From positions 128,001 through 192,000 of the forward strand of contig CAVVPN010000001.1 of assembly GCA_963750165.1 (NCBI GenBank): 64,000 nt of DNA, read 5' to 3'. The notes beneath the pieces are model-generated. The model was not told the DNA's origin. It saw nothing but the letters and a program-made list of their open reading frames with translations, and did no database searches. The position numbers were made by a program, and so were the translations under genes. The stretch's first letter is position 1. Each line of letters opens with the position of its first letter. This DNA is from an uncultured Gemmataceae bacterium (GTDB lineage Bacteria > Planctomycetota > Planctomycetia > Gemmatales > Gemmataceae). Shown one piece after another: positions 43,501 through 53,227 of the stretch.

Positions 43501-44892
43501 TCAGGACCTTGCGGGCACGGCGGCGAAGAGCGCGGCGAGCCCTTCGGCCATCGTCGGGTGAGTCAGGGTCGCATCGCGCAGGGCCACGTAGGGCAGCCCC
43601 GCGGTCATGGCGACCTGGACGATTGTCATGACCGCGCCGGCCTCAAAGCTGAACGCGGTGAAGCCGAGGATACGGTCGCTGTCGGCAGCGACCAGGGCCT
43701 TGAAAAAGCCGCGCGGCTCGGAGAGCGTCCGGGTGCGGAGGATTGCCGTCGCGGACAGTTTCGCCAGCCGGTAGGCGATCCCGCACCCCTTCGCCTCCGA
43801 CTCGTTCAGGCCGACTCTGGCCAGTTCGGGGTCAGTGAACAGGCAGAAGGGAACGAGGCGGCCGGCCGTCGTGCGGTCGATGCCGACGAGGTTGTTGTGG
43901 ACCACGCGGACGTCGTCGTCGGCGACATGCGTGAAGTGGGGGCTGCCGGCGCAGTCTCCCACCGCCCAGACGCCGGGGGCCGTGGTCCGCAGGCGCTCAT
44001 CGACCTTAACGAAACCCCGTTCGTCCCGCTCCACCCCGGCGTACTCCAGGCCGATGCCGTCGGTGTTCGGCGTCCGGCCGCCCGCGACCAGCAGGTCCGA
44101 CCCCTCGATCGTTTCCGCAGTCCCGCCCCGCGTGAGGCGCAGCCTCACGGCGGTGCCGGACTGCCCCTCCACGCGCTCGACGTGCGCGCCCGTGCGGACC
44201 TCAATCCCCTCATCCAGGAAGAGGTCGCGTAGGGCCTCCGAGACGTCGCGATCCTCCCGATGGGCCAGGGTGTCGTTGCGCTCGACGACCGTCACCCGGC
44301 TGCCGAAGCGCCGGAGGGCCTGGGCGAATTCGAGGCCGACGTAGCCGCCACCCAGAACGAGCAGGTGCTCCGGGACTCGGTCCAGTTCGAGCGTCTCGAT
44401 GGGGGTCATCGGCCGGGCCTCGGCCAGACCAGGGATCGGCTCGATCCGCGCCCGGGAACCCGTACTGATCACGACGACATCGCCCCGCAGCCGGCGCGTT
44501 GGGCCGTCGGTGGCCCTCACCTCTATCGTCCTGGGGCCGACGAATCGGCCCTGCCCCATGACCAGTTCCGCGCCGCTCTCCCGATACCTCCGGTGATTCA
44601 GCGCGACCATCCCCTCGACCATCTTCCGCTTTCCTTCGCGGACGGCGGTCATCTCGACCTTCCAGTCTCCGTGGGCGATGCCAAATTCGCAACCCCTGCG
44701 GAAATAGGCGGCGACCTTCGCGCTGTGGATCAAATACTTGCTCGGTAGACAGGCGATGCTAGGGCAGGAGCCCGTGACGTACTGCCGCTCGACGACCGCT
44801 GTGCGTTTGCCCTGCGCGGCCAGCGACCAGGCCAAGAACCTGCCCCTCCCGCTGCCGAGCACCACCAGGTCGTATTCCTCGGGTTGTGACAC
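43501..44892 (-). CDS. Pyridine nucleotide-disulfide oxidoreductase (RclA/MerA-like, no C-terminal Cys pair)
   Basis: GSCPSIACLPSK redox disulfide, GGGYVG, GRTPN, WAVGD, THPTMAE. Confidence 0.9.
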   Translation of the reverse strand: MSQPEEYDLVVLGSGRGRFLAWSLAAQGKRTAVVERQYVTGSCPSIACLPSKYLIHSAKVAAYFRRGCEFGIAHGDWKVEMTAVREGKRKMVEGMVALNHRRYRESGAELVMGQGRFVGPRTIEVRATDGPTRRLRGDVVVISTGSRARIEPIPGLAEARPMTPIETLELDRVPEHLLVLGGGYVGLEFAQALRRFGSRVTVVERNDTLAHREDRDVSEALRDLFLDEGIEVRTGAHVERVEGQSGTAVRLRLTRGGTAETIEGSDLLVAGGRTPNTDGIGLEYAGVERDERGFVKVDERLRTTAPGVWAVGDCAGSPHFTHVADDDVRVVHNNLVGIDRTTAGRLVPFCLFTDPELARVGLNESEAKGCGIAYRLAKLSATAILRTRTLSEPRGFFKALVAADSDRILGFTAFSFEAGAVMTIVQVAMTAGLPYVALRDATLTHPTMAEGLAALFAAVPARS

Positions 44893-44915
44893 GGTTTTCC
44901 CCTTCGCGTTGATGC

Positions 44916-45317
44916 CTATCGGGGATCCACTGCCATGGCGGCGACAATTTCGACTTCGACCAGGAACTCAGGTCGGACGAGTTGGGGGATGACCAGGAGC
45001 ATGGAGGCGGGCCGCGCGTCGCCCAGGAAGCGCGACCGCACCCTGGCGTAGGCCGGGATGTCCTCGGCGCGCGTCAGATACTGGGTGACCTTGACGATGT
45101 CGCCGACGGTCATGCCGACCCGCTCCAGCAAGCTGATGACATGCTGCCAGGAGCGCTCGGCCTGGCCCGCGACGCCACCGGGAAGTTCGCCGGTCGTCGA
45201 AAGGCCGGGAGTTCCGGACATCAACAACCATCGCAGGCCGGGCTTAACCTCGATGGCGTCGCTGTAGGCCCCGATCTGTTTGGCAACGCCAAGGTCATGG
45301 ACGGCGTGCGTCGTCAT
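44916..45317 (-). CDS. RidA/YjgF family protein
   Basis: YSDA, SGT, DIVKVTQYL, RPASML, LVEVEIVA. Confidence 0.9.
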   Translation of the reverse strand: MTTHAVHDLGVAKQIGAYSDAIEVKPGLRWLLMSGTPGLSTTGELPGGVAGQAERSWQHVISLLERVGMTVGDIVKVTQYLTRAEDIPAYARVRSRFLGDARPASMLLVIPQLVRPEFLVEVEIVAAMAVDPR

Positions 45318-45380
45318 GGCACCTCCTCTGAGGGAACTGACACCGGGGCGAATTTGTTCTCCAATCGGCCCTCGATTTCT

Positions 45381-45881
45381 CTACCTTGCCTGGTCTTGCG
45401 GTGGCCCCGCGCGGGCTGTCCCCAGTGCCTCGCCCGCCGTGTACAGGGCGGTTCCCAGCAGGACAACGTCCTTGAGCAAGAACTGCCCCGGTAGGGCCGA
45501 CAATGCCGGGAAGCCACCCAGGCTTGCCTCCCAGCCCGGCGTGGTGATCAGGAAGCTCAGCGTGGTCAGGAACATTCCCGCCGCAAGGAGACTGCCTAGC
45601 GCCGAACCCCTCGGCCACACAGGACGCAGCGCGACCAGCACCCCGAGGGCGATCTCGATCACACCCAGCACCGCGGCGAACTGACCCACGCTCAGGACGC
45701 GGTAAACCCAGGCCAGCGGGGGGCTGTTCGCCACCAGCGGTCGGACGCCTCCGGCCTCGTAGGCCGTGAACTTCATTCCGCCGATCCAGAGTAGCACGAC
45801 CACCAGCCCGTAACGGGAGGCGTGTGTGCCGATCATCTTCAGTCGATCACTCAGCATCAAACTCGGCTCCGGTTGGGGCAA
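45381..45881 (-). CDS. RclC/YkgB (DUF417) inner-membrane protein
   Basis: WIGGMKFTAYEA..PLVANSP, TLSFLITTPG, GQFLLKDVVL. Confidence 0.9.
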   Translation of the reverse strand: MPQPEPSLMLSDRLKMIGTHASRYGLVVVLLWIGGMKFTAYEAGGVRPLVANSPPLAWVYRVLSVGQFAAVLGVIEIALGVLVALRPVWPRGSALGSLLAAGMFLTTLSFLITTPGWEASLGGFPALSALPGQFLLKDVVLLGTALYTAGEALGTARAGPPQDQAR

Positions 45882-45889
45882 GGCAGCCG

Positions 45890-46513
45890 TCAGTCGCCAC
45901 GGGATTTCTGCTTCTCAAGCACCGGGTAGCCGCGGACGTACACCCAGTCGTCTTTCTTGGCCGGCACGTGACACACCCGACAGTCGGTCTTGTAGTCCGT
46001 GGTCACGTTGCGCGCGGGCTCCTTGGCCAGGAACAGGGCCCAGCCCCAGCCGTCGCCCCACAGGTCGTTGCCGGGGAAGCGACCCTTGGCGTCCTTGATC
46101 ATCACGAACCAGAGCTTGATGCCCGTGGCTCGGTGCGCCTGCCCCGTGGTGAGCCGCTCCGAATCGACCCCGGTGACTTCCTTCACCAACACCGCGCCGT
46201 CAGGGAACTTGCCGTCCCGTTGATACGCCCGGACGTCCTCCGGCCGCGCGTAGGTGATGTGCAACTCATCGACTGGTTGGTTCGGTTTCGTGGCCACGGC
46301 GTACGTGCCCACATACTGGAACGTCTTGCGGTAATCGGTCGGCCGCGTAATGCCGCCGTCCTTCGTGACGAAGGGCGAGAAGTCGCCGGCCGCCTGGGCG
46401 GGCCGCTTGTCCGGCAGCGCCGACTGTGACTCGCCGGGCGCGATCGTCGCCGCGACGAGCGCCGTCAAGGCCAGGCAGGCGGCGGCCAGCCGGCAGAGAA
46501 TCCTGGTATTCAT
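45890..46513 (-). CDS. Cytochrome P460 family protein (paralog B)
   Basis: Signal peptide, PTDYR, FPDGAVLVKE, MIKD, GWGW, CRVCH, YPVL. Confidence 0.88.
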   Translation of the reverse strand: MNTRILCRLAAACLALTALVAATIAPGESQSALPDKRPAQAAGDFSPFVTKDGGITRPTDYRKTFQYVGTYAVATKPNQPVDELHITYARPEDVRAYQRDGKFPDGAVLVKEVTGVDSERLTTGQAHRATGIKLWFVMIKDAKGRFPGNDLWGDGWGWALFLAKEPARNVTTDYKTDCRVCHVPAKKDDWVYVRGYPVLEKQKSRGD

Positions 46514-46590
46514 GGGGTGCGTCTCCTGGGTTTGGGGCAGGGGACGCGGGGCGGCCCGGACGAGTCGGCCGCACCGCGCTCCGGGCCACC

Positions 46591-47196
46591 TTATTTCGAG
46601 CGCGGGGCCGCCGCACGCAGGACGGGGTAGTACTGACTGAAGACGAAGTCCTTCGCGGCGTTGGTCTGGTGACAACTGTTGCACGCGAAGGCGGCGTTCT
46701 TCGCCACCTCCTTTTTGAGGGGGAGCTTGTGGCCGAAGCTGAAGTAAGCCCAGTTGCCGGGCTCGTCCTTGAAGCGCTTCGAGTCCTTGATGGACGCCTC
46801 CAGGCCGGTGAAGTCGCCCATGAAGTAACCCTTGCCGCTGGTCGCCTTCTTGGTTCCGACGCTGATGAGATCCTTGACGATGACGGTGCCGTCGCGGAAC
46901 TCGCCGGTCTTTTGGTAGTGGGCGTAGCTTTCGGGGTCGATGTAGACCGCGTGGAACTCGGGGAACGGGGCCTCGCCTCCGTTGAGTTCGTTGGGGGTCA
47001 AAGGCGTGCCGATGTACACCCATTGGCGATAGCCGACCGGCTGTTTGAGCTTCCCGTCAGGGGTGTATTCGACCAGCGCCTTCTTCTGGCCGCCGCCGGA
47101 CTGCGGGGCAGCCCCGGCCAGCACATACGACAGTCCGGCGACCCCGACCAGGATCGCGACGCCCGCGATCACTCGTGACCTGTTCGATCCGAGCAT
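46591..47196 (-). CDS. Cytochrome P460 (paralog A, Nitrosomonas CytL-like)
   Basis: TPNELNGGEAPF, VYIDPESY, TGEFRDGTVIVK, GYFMGDFTGLEASIKDSKRF, EPGNWA, CNSCH, YYPVLRAA. Confidence 0.92.
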   Translation of the reverse strand: MLGSNRSRVIAGVAILVGVAGLSYVLAGAAPQSGGGQKKALVEYTPDGKLKQPVGYRQWVYIGTPLTPNELNGGEAPFPEFHAVYIDPESYAHYQKTGEFRDGTVIVKDLISVGTKKATSGKGYFMGDFTGLEASIKDSKRFKDEPGNWAYFSFGHKLPLKKEVAKNAAFACNSCHQTNAAKDFVFSQYYPVLRAAAPRSK

Positions 47197-47457
47197 GGTG
47201 CTACCTCCTCGCTTTCGGGAAAAGAGATGGTTGTGCCGTCGTCCGGTTGCGTCAGGGGAGGGGCCGCGTGCCCGGACACGAAGTCGCCCCTGCGGAGGTC
47301 CGCGCCCCCGATGGCGTGGACGCGGCTCGACACCGCGCCCGCCTGTGGTCGCGGCCACCCGTTCATGCCCTCTTCGTCTACAATAAAAAGCGTGGAGAAG
47401 GTATCACCTGGCCGCGATCTTGTTGCCCTGGTGTCGCGGCGACGTCGGGGAGTTACC

Positions 47458-48093
47458 ATGCACGACGAACCCACCTCAGCCGTCGTCAAGCGCTACCTGG
47501 ATGAGCTTGCCGACGGTTCGCCCGCCGAGCCAATCATCCGGGCCCTGCTGGCCCGGGCCGTTCACCGGTTGCAGCAGTTGTGCAGTTCGCTGCTCTTCCG
47601 GAGTTACCCGCGGCTGACGCAGCCGCCGCTGAACCTGCAGGCGGACGAGATGCTCGGCGCCTTGGTGGAGCGCCTGCTCAAGGCCCTGCGTGAAGCACGC
47701 CCCGCGACCGTCCGACAATTCCTCGCTTTGGCCTCCCAACACGTGCGCTGGGAGTTGAATGACCTGGCCCGCCGCCTAGATGAACAGCCCGCCGCCGTGG
47801 AACTGCTCGACGGGGGCGTACCGGCGCCGGCCAGTAGCGACTCGGGCCTCACCCCGGTGGCCCGCCGTATGATCGAGGCGATCGACCGCCTGCCGGAGGG
47901 CGAGCGCGAGGCGTTCGACCTGGTGCGCATTCAGGGGATGACGCAGGCTGAGGCCGCCCAGGTCCTCGGCGTCACGGTGTTGACCGTCAAGCGGCGCCTG
48001 AACCGCTGCATGCGCGTGCTGACCGCAACGCTCCGAGACCTCGCGCCGGGCGGCGCGTCTGCCCCGGCCGTGCGTGGAGGGTCTGCATCATGA
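47458..48093 (+). CDS. ECF sigma-70 factor
   Basis: AIDRLPEGEREAFDLVRIQGMTQAEAAQVLGVTVLTVKRRL sigma4; overlaps kinase start (ATGA). Confidence 0.88.
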   Translation: MHDEPTSAVVKRYLDELADGSPAEPIIRALLARAVHRLQQLCSSLLFRSYPRLTQPPLNLQADEMLGALVERLLKALREARPATVRQFLALASQHVRWELNDLARRLDEQPAAVELLDGGVPAPASSDSGLTPVARRMIEAIDRLPEGEREAFDLVRIQGMTQAEAAQVLGVTVLTVKRRLNRCMRVLTATLRDLAPGGASAPAVRGGSAS

Positions 48094-51000
48094 CCGACGA
48101 CCCGCGCGTGCAACAGCTACTCGACGAATTGTTCGATTCCCACGTCACGCCGGAAGAAGTCTGCGGCTCCTGCCCCGAGTTGCTGCCCGAGGTCCGCGAC
48201 CAATGGCGGCAGATGTGTCGCGTCCGGGACGAACTCGACGCGCTGCTCCCGCCGCCCGACGCGGAGTTGGACCCGACGGAGGCACCGCCGGGCGGCGGCG
48301 CCCTGCCCCAGATCCCTGGCTATGAAGTCCAGGAGGTGTTGGGCCACGGCGGAATGGGCATCGTCTACAAAGCCCGACACCTGCACCTCAACCGCGCGGT
48401 CGCCCTGAAGATGCTGCTCGCCGGCGCGGGCCCCCAACCGGAGTACCGGCAACGCTTCTTGCGGGAAGCGGAAGCGGTGGCGTGCTTGCGGCATCCGAAC
48501 ATCGTCCAGGTCCACGACATCGGCAACCAGAACGGCCAACCCTACTTCACGATGGAGTTTGTCGAGGGCGGCAACCTGGCCCAGAAATTGGCGGGCGCGC
48601 CCCAACCTCCCAAACAAGCCGCCGCGCTGCTGGCGACCCTGGCCGAGGCCGTGCAGGCGGCCCACCAGAGCGGTATCGTGCATCGGGATCTGAAGCCGGC
48701 GAACGTCCTCCTTACCGCCGACGGCACGCCCAAGATCAGCGACTTCGGGCTGGCCCGGCGGTTGGACGGCGCGGCCGGCCTCACTCGGACCGGCACCGCG
48801 CTGGGGACGCCGAGCTACATGGCCCCCGAGCAAGCCGAAGCCAGGCCGCTCACGGTGGGGCCTGCCGTCGATATTTATGCTTTGGGGGCCATCCTGTACG
48901 AACTGCTGACCGGCCGACCGCCGTTCCGGGCGGAAACGGCGGTGGAAACCGTCCGTCAGTTGACCTCCCAGGACCCGGTGCCGCCGTCGCGGCTCAACGG
49001 TAAGGTGCCCCGCGACCTGGAGACCGTCTGCCTCAAGTGCCTCCACAAGATCCCCGCCCGCCGCTACGCCAGCGCCCGGGATTTGGCCGACGACCTCCAT
49101 CGCTTCCTGGAGGGCAAGCCAGTCCGCGCCCGTCCGGTCGGGGCCGCCGAGCGCACCGTGAAGTGGGCAAGGCGGCGGCCGGCGGCGGCGGCGCTGCTGA
49201 GCGCGGCGCTGCTGGTCATGATCGGGTCGGCGGCCGAGACCGGCCTTTGGCTGCGACAGCAGGAAGCCGACCGCAATGAGGCGAAGGCTCAACGAGAGGG
49301 GAAGGCGCGTGAGGTTATCGAGAATGCACTGCGGCGAGCGGACGACCTCCGGCGGGAGGAGCGGTGGGCAGAGGCGCTACACGTCTTGACGGAGGCATCG
49401 ACCCAGTTCCCGGAAACCGGCTCGCCGCCGTTAGAGGTCCGGCTCCGGCAGGCGCAGTCGGACCTCCGAATCGCCGCCGACCTTGAGCGCGTTCGGGAGA
49501 ACAGTCCGCTCCAGCCCGACGGCGGAATCGACTACTCGCAGTGGGCGAAGGCATACCAGGAGGCGTTTGATCGGGTGGGGCTCCGGACCGGCGACGACCC
49601 GGAAACGGTCGCGGCTTACATGCGGGCCTCTGCGATCCGCAACCAACTCGTGGCCGCCGCCGACAACCGGGCGGTCGTGGAGTTCATGGTGAACGACGGG
49701 CCGCTGGTGGAGCGACTCTTGCGGATCGCCCGACTGGCCGATCCGGAGCCGCGCTGGCGGGGCCGATTCCGCGACCCGGCCGTCTGGCGCGGCCGGGAGC
49801 GACTCCTTCAGCTCGCCGCCGACGCATTCAACACCTCGCCGCCCCCGCCGGGGCATCAACTGTCGTTGCTCGGACTGTTGCTGATGAGGGCGAAGGCTTT
49901 TAGCCAGAGCGCTGAGTTGCTGGGCGAGGCGTGTCGTCGCCAACCGAACAACTTCTGGCTCAACCGCGAGATGGGCACTGCGCTGTTCAGGCAAGCCCGG
50001 TTCCTGGAGTCGGCCGCCTACCGCCGCGCCGCGTTGGCGTTGCGGCCGGACAACGCCGGGGCCCATGAGGCGCTCGGCATGACCTTGTTCCGCACCGGCC
50101 AGACCGATGCCGCCCTTGCCGCGTACCGCCGTGCTGTTGAGTTGTCCCCCACCGGTCGTTCGTCCCGTACGCGCCTCGTGGGCGCCCTGGCGGAAGCCGG
50201 CTACTGGAAGGAGGCGGAGGCCGAGTGTCGCCGCGCCCTCGAGATCGACCCTGCCAACTACCTCGCGCCCAGCCGTCTGGCCTTGGTTCTTTGGGAACAC
50301 CGACGGCATGAGGACGCGATCGTCCTGTCTCGCAAGGTGATCGAGATCAACCCCGCCGTCGTCGAAGCGTACACTTATCTCGGCTATTCCTTGATGCGGA
50401 TGGGCCGACACGACGACGCCGTGACGGCCTTGCGCAAAGTGACGGAGTTGACCCCGAAGAACGCCAATGTTCGCCAGCAGTTGGCCCATGGACTGGCCGA
50501 GATCGGATGTCCTGAGGAAGCCATCACCCAGCTGCAAAGCGCGAGCGCCCTGATGCCCAACATCTCGTTCTACAGGGAATTGGGCACGCTGCTCCGGGCG
50601 CAGGGCCGGCCGGAGGCGGCGGCCGCTGCCTACCGGAAGGCTGCGAACCTCGACCCTCAAATCGGCGTGGTCTGGGACGAACTGGCGGCGTCGTTGCTCG
50701 ACCTGGGTCGCTTCGCCGAAGCCCGCGCGGCGACGCAACGTTCGCTAGATCTGCCCGCGACAGCAGCGGACCGCCGAGCGCAGCAGCGACAACGGGACCT
50801 CTGCGACGCGCTGCTCTCCGTCGATGCCGACCTCCCTGCAATCCTCGCAGGTAAAGAGCGGCCGAGGAAGGTATCCACCCAGCTGGCTCTGGCAGAGTGG
50901 TGCCTGAAGCACAGGCGCCTGCCGGCCACGGCCGTGGGTTTTTATGACGCGGCCCTCGCGGCGAAACCGTCCCTCATCGACGACCTGGAGGCCGGCCATC

Positions 51001-51956
51001 GGTTTGACGCCGCCTGTGCGGCCGCCGCCGGCAGTGGAGTCGGCAAGGACGTCGCCGAATTTGACGGCCAGCGGCGGGCGGCGCTGCGCCGGCAGGCGCT
51101 CAACTGGTTGACGGCCGAGTACGACGCCTGGGCGGCACGACACCGCGTCGGCAAACGAGGCGACCGGACGGTCGTGGCGACGGCCATGCGCTCCTGGCGG
51201 CAGAACAAGGACCTGGCCGGGGTTCGCGAAGAGCAAGCGTTGGCCAAATTGCCCCTGGAGGAGCGACGATCCTGGCAAACGCTTTGGGCCAACGTGGCGA
51301 CGCTCGCGGCGCGTGACCCGGTCGCCTTGTTCGACCAGGCCCGAGTGCATGTCAGCCGGCGGGAGTGGGGGAAGGCGGCCGAGTGTTACGCCGCGGCGTT
51401 CGATCTGGAGCCTACGGAAAACGGCGAACTCTGGTTCGAGTATGCCGCGGCGCAACTGCTCGCAGGGGACCGGCCGGGCTACCGCCGAACGTGCGCTCAG
51501 ATGCTGGCCCGCTGTCAACCGAAGGGGCCGATGCGTCCCTACCTCGTCGCCCGCGCCTGTACGCTGGCGCCCGATTCGGCCGATGACCCGGAACTGCCGG
51601 GCCGGCTGTCTTCCCGCGAACTGCTGCAAAGTCGGAATGCGTATTGGTCGCTCACCGAACAGGCCGCCCTGGCTTTCCGGGCGGGTCAGTTTCAGGAGGC
51701 CGTGCCGCTGCTGGAAGGCAGCATCACGGCCGACGGGCGGCCCGGCCGGGCGGTGGTGAACTGGTTGTGGCTGGCGCTCGTCTACCACAGGACGGGCAAG
51801 AACGACGAAGCACTGCGGCAGTTGGACAAGGCCGCCGGTTGGTTGGACCAACAGGGCGGTCGGATGCCGCTCGAAACCTCCGCCATGGGAATGCACCGGC
51901 ACAACTGGCTCGAAGCCAACGTACTGCTACAGGAGGCGGAGGGGCTGCTTCGATAG
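48090..51956 (+). CDS. Ser/Thr protein kinase with TM segment and C-terminal TPR array
   Basis: GHGGMG, VALK, HRDLKPAN, DFG, GTPSYMAPE; many TPR repeats. Confidence 0.93.
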   Translation: MTDDPRVQQLLDELFDSHVTPEEVCGSCPELLPEVRDQWRQMCRVRDELDALLPPPDAELDPTEAPPGGGALPQIPGYEVQEVLGHGGMGIVYKARHLHLNRAVALKMLLAGAGPQPEYRQRFLREAEAVACLRHPNIVQVHDIGNQNGQPYFTMEFVEGGNLAQKLAGAPQPPKQAAALLATLAEAVQAAHQSGIVHRDLKPANVLLTADGTPKISDFGLARRLDGAAGLTRTGTALGTPSYMAPEQAEARPLTVGPAVDIYALGAILYELLTGRPPFRAETAVETVRQLTSQDPVPPSRLNGKVPRDLETVCLKCLHKIPARRYASARDLADDLHRFLEGKPVRARPVGAAERTVKWARRRPAAAALLSAALLVMIGSAAETGLWLRQQEADRNEAKAQREGKAREVIENALRRADDLRREERWAEALHVLTEASTQFPETGSPPLEVRLRQAQSDLRIAADLERVRENSPLQPDGGIDYSQWAKAYQEAFDRVGLRTGDDPETVAAYMRASAIRNQLVAAADNRAVVEFMVNDGPLVERLLRIARLADPEPRWRGRFRDPAVWRGRERLLQLAADAFNTSPPPPGHQLSLLGLLLMRAKAFSQSAELLGEACRRQPNNFWLNREMGTALFRQARFLESAAYRRAALALRPDNAGAHEALGMTLFRTGQTDAALAAYRRAVELSPTGRSSRTRLVGALAEAGYWKEAEAECRRALEIDPANYLAPSRLALVLWEHRRHEDAIVLSRKVIEINPAVVEAYTYLGYSLMRMGRHDDAVTALRKVTELTPKNANVRQQLAHGLAEIGCPEEAITQLQSASALMPNISFYRELGTLLRAQGRPEAAAAAYRKAANLDPQIGVVWDELAASLLDLGRFAEARAATQRSLDLPATAADRRAQQRQRDLCDALLSVDADLPAILAGKERPRKVSTQLALAEWCLKHRRLPATAVGFYDAALAAKPSLIDDLEAGHRFDAACAAAAGSGVGKDVAEFDGQRRAALRRQALNWLTAEYDAWAARHRVGKRGDRTVVATAMRSWRQNKDLAGVREEQALAKLPLEERRSWQTLWANVATLAARDPVALFDQARVHVSRREWGKAAECYAAAFDLEPTENGELWFEYAAAQLLAGDRPGYRRTCAQMLARCQPKGPMRPYLVARACTLAPDSADDPELPGRLSSRELLQSRNAYWSLTEQAALAFRAGQFQEAVPLLEGSITADGRPGRAVVNWLWLALVYHRTGKNDEALRQLDKAAGWLDQQGGRMPLETSAMGMHRHNWLEANVLLQEAEGLLR

Positions 51957-51986
51957 TCGCGGCGTTTTCCAAAGTGTCCCGTTTTA

Positions 51987-52853
51987 TCATCCGCCCCGGT
52001 CGCCCGGCGAGAATTTTACCGAGCCGGGGCTGATGAGCGACTGAGTCTCTTTGATCAGCGCGGAGAGTTTCAGGACGGTCAGCGTGAACTCCGTCAGTTG
52101 CTCGCAACCGTCGGGACAGACCCAGACGTAGCAATCCCCGCTCCTCCCGACGTAGCAGGCGTCTCTCGGGACATCCCGGCAGCGACCAACACGGAACCAG
52201 CCGGGCCGGACCCGGGCCAGGTCGCGTTGGATGGACTCGATCTTGCGGCAAACAACCCTTGCCAGTGGGGAGCGGTCACCCGGGGCACATGCCTGCGTAC
52301 AGACGGATTCGTCGTTCGTCGTGACGATACGGGCCTCCAGGTCGCGGGCGTTCTTGCTGGCTCCGCCCTGGAACTCGTAGAACCAGGCAGACTCGTTCCT
52401 GAGATCGGCGTTGGGGGCGAACTGATCCTTCAACTCGTGAGCCAGTTCATCGAGGAAATCGGGCGACGGCATGTCGGGGAAGCCGTGGGCGCGGCGATAG
52501 GCGATGAGGAGGAGCCGCAACTCAGTGGCGTCAATAACAGGCTCCATCCCCCATTGGGCGACGGCGGTCCGCGAGCCGAACAGTTGGGGTTGGGTCGAAG
52601 CCGGGGGGCCGAGGTCTACCAACGCCCCTCCCGAGATCGAATCGGTGAGCTGGGAAGTCCCTTCCTTGAGATGTACGTGCCAGGGGAGGGCCGATGGGTT
52701 GACGGCGGACTGGGCGAGGTTGTTGAGAACCTGCTGGTATTGCAACTCGGGCAGGGTACTCGCCTGGTGGATCGTCCGCTGTCGGAGTCGCGTCGTCGTA
52801 CAGCCGACCGCACACCACAAACAGGCGGCGAGGAGGAGCCAGGTGAGGCGCAT
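51987..52853 (-). CDS. Putative lipoprotein
   Basis: MRLTWLLLAACLWCAVGC lipobox, LQYQQVLNNLA, Cys-rich C-terminus. Confidence 0.7.
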   Translation of the reverse strand: MRLTWLLLAACLWCAVGCTTTRLRQRTIHQASTLPELQYQQVLNNLAQSAVNPSALPWHVHLKEGTSQLTDSISGGALVDLGPPASTQPQLFGSRTAVAQWGMEPVIDATELRLLLIAYRRAHGFPDMPSPDFLDELAHELKDQFAPNADLRNESAWFYEFQGGASKNARDLEARIVTTNDESVCTQACAPGDRSPLARVVCRKIESIQRDLARVRPGWFRVGRCRDVPRDACYVGRSGDCYVWVCPDGCEQLTEFTLTVLKLSALIKETQSLISPGSVKFSPGDRGG

Positions 52854-53227
52854 GGTCACTCTACAACTCCCACTTTTGGGGTAATGTAGTGGTTGTATCG
52901 GCAAACGCTGGTCTAAACATGAAGGAGATGGGTGCGAACACTGCAACGCGAGTCGGTTCGACACGCTGACATCAATTTGGCTCTTGGTGTTGCGTGCTTC
53001 GGTCTTATCGTCCGAAGTAACCAAGGTGATTCGCACAACCCACTCCGGTCCGACACACCGACTGCAATTTGGCTCTTGGCGTTGCGCGCTTCGGGCTGAT
53101 CGACATGCGCGCCCAAGTCGAAGTCTTTAGCGCGCGGAGGACCGGCACGCAGGCGCAAGTCTTGAAGTGGAACGGCAGCCGGTGCCCTTACCTTCAAAGC
53201 CGCGTCTCAGACCGAGCGCGCCTGCCT

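Noticed and set aside
43501..44892. Mercuric reductase MerA
   Set aside because: No C-terminal Cys-Cys pair, no N-terminal metal-binding domain and no mer genes nearby.
46591..47196. P460 as evidence of an ammonia-oxidising or anammox host
   Set aside because: No amo, hao or hzs genes in the window, and P460-family genes occur widely in non-nitrifiers.
52868..52900. dif-like Xer site
   Set aside because: Spacer length and arms do not fit the XerC/XerD consensus.
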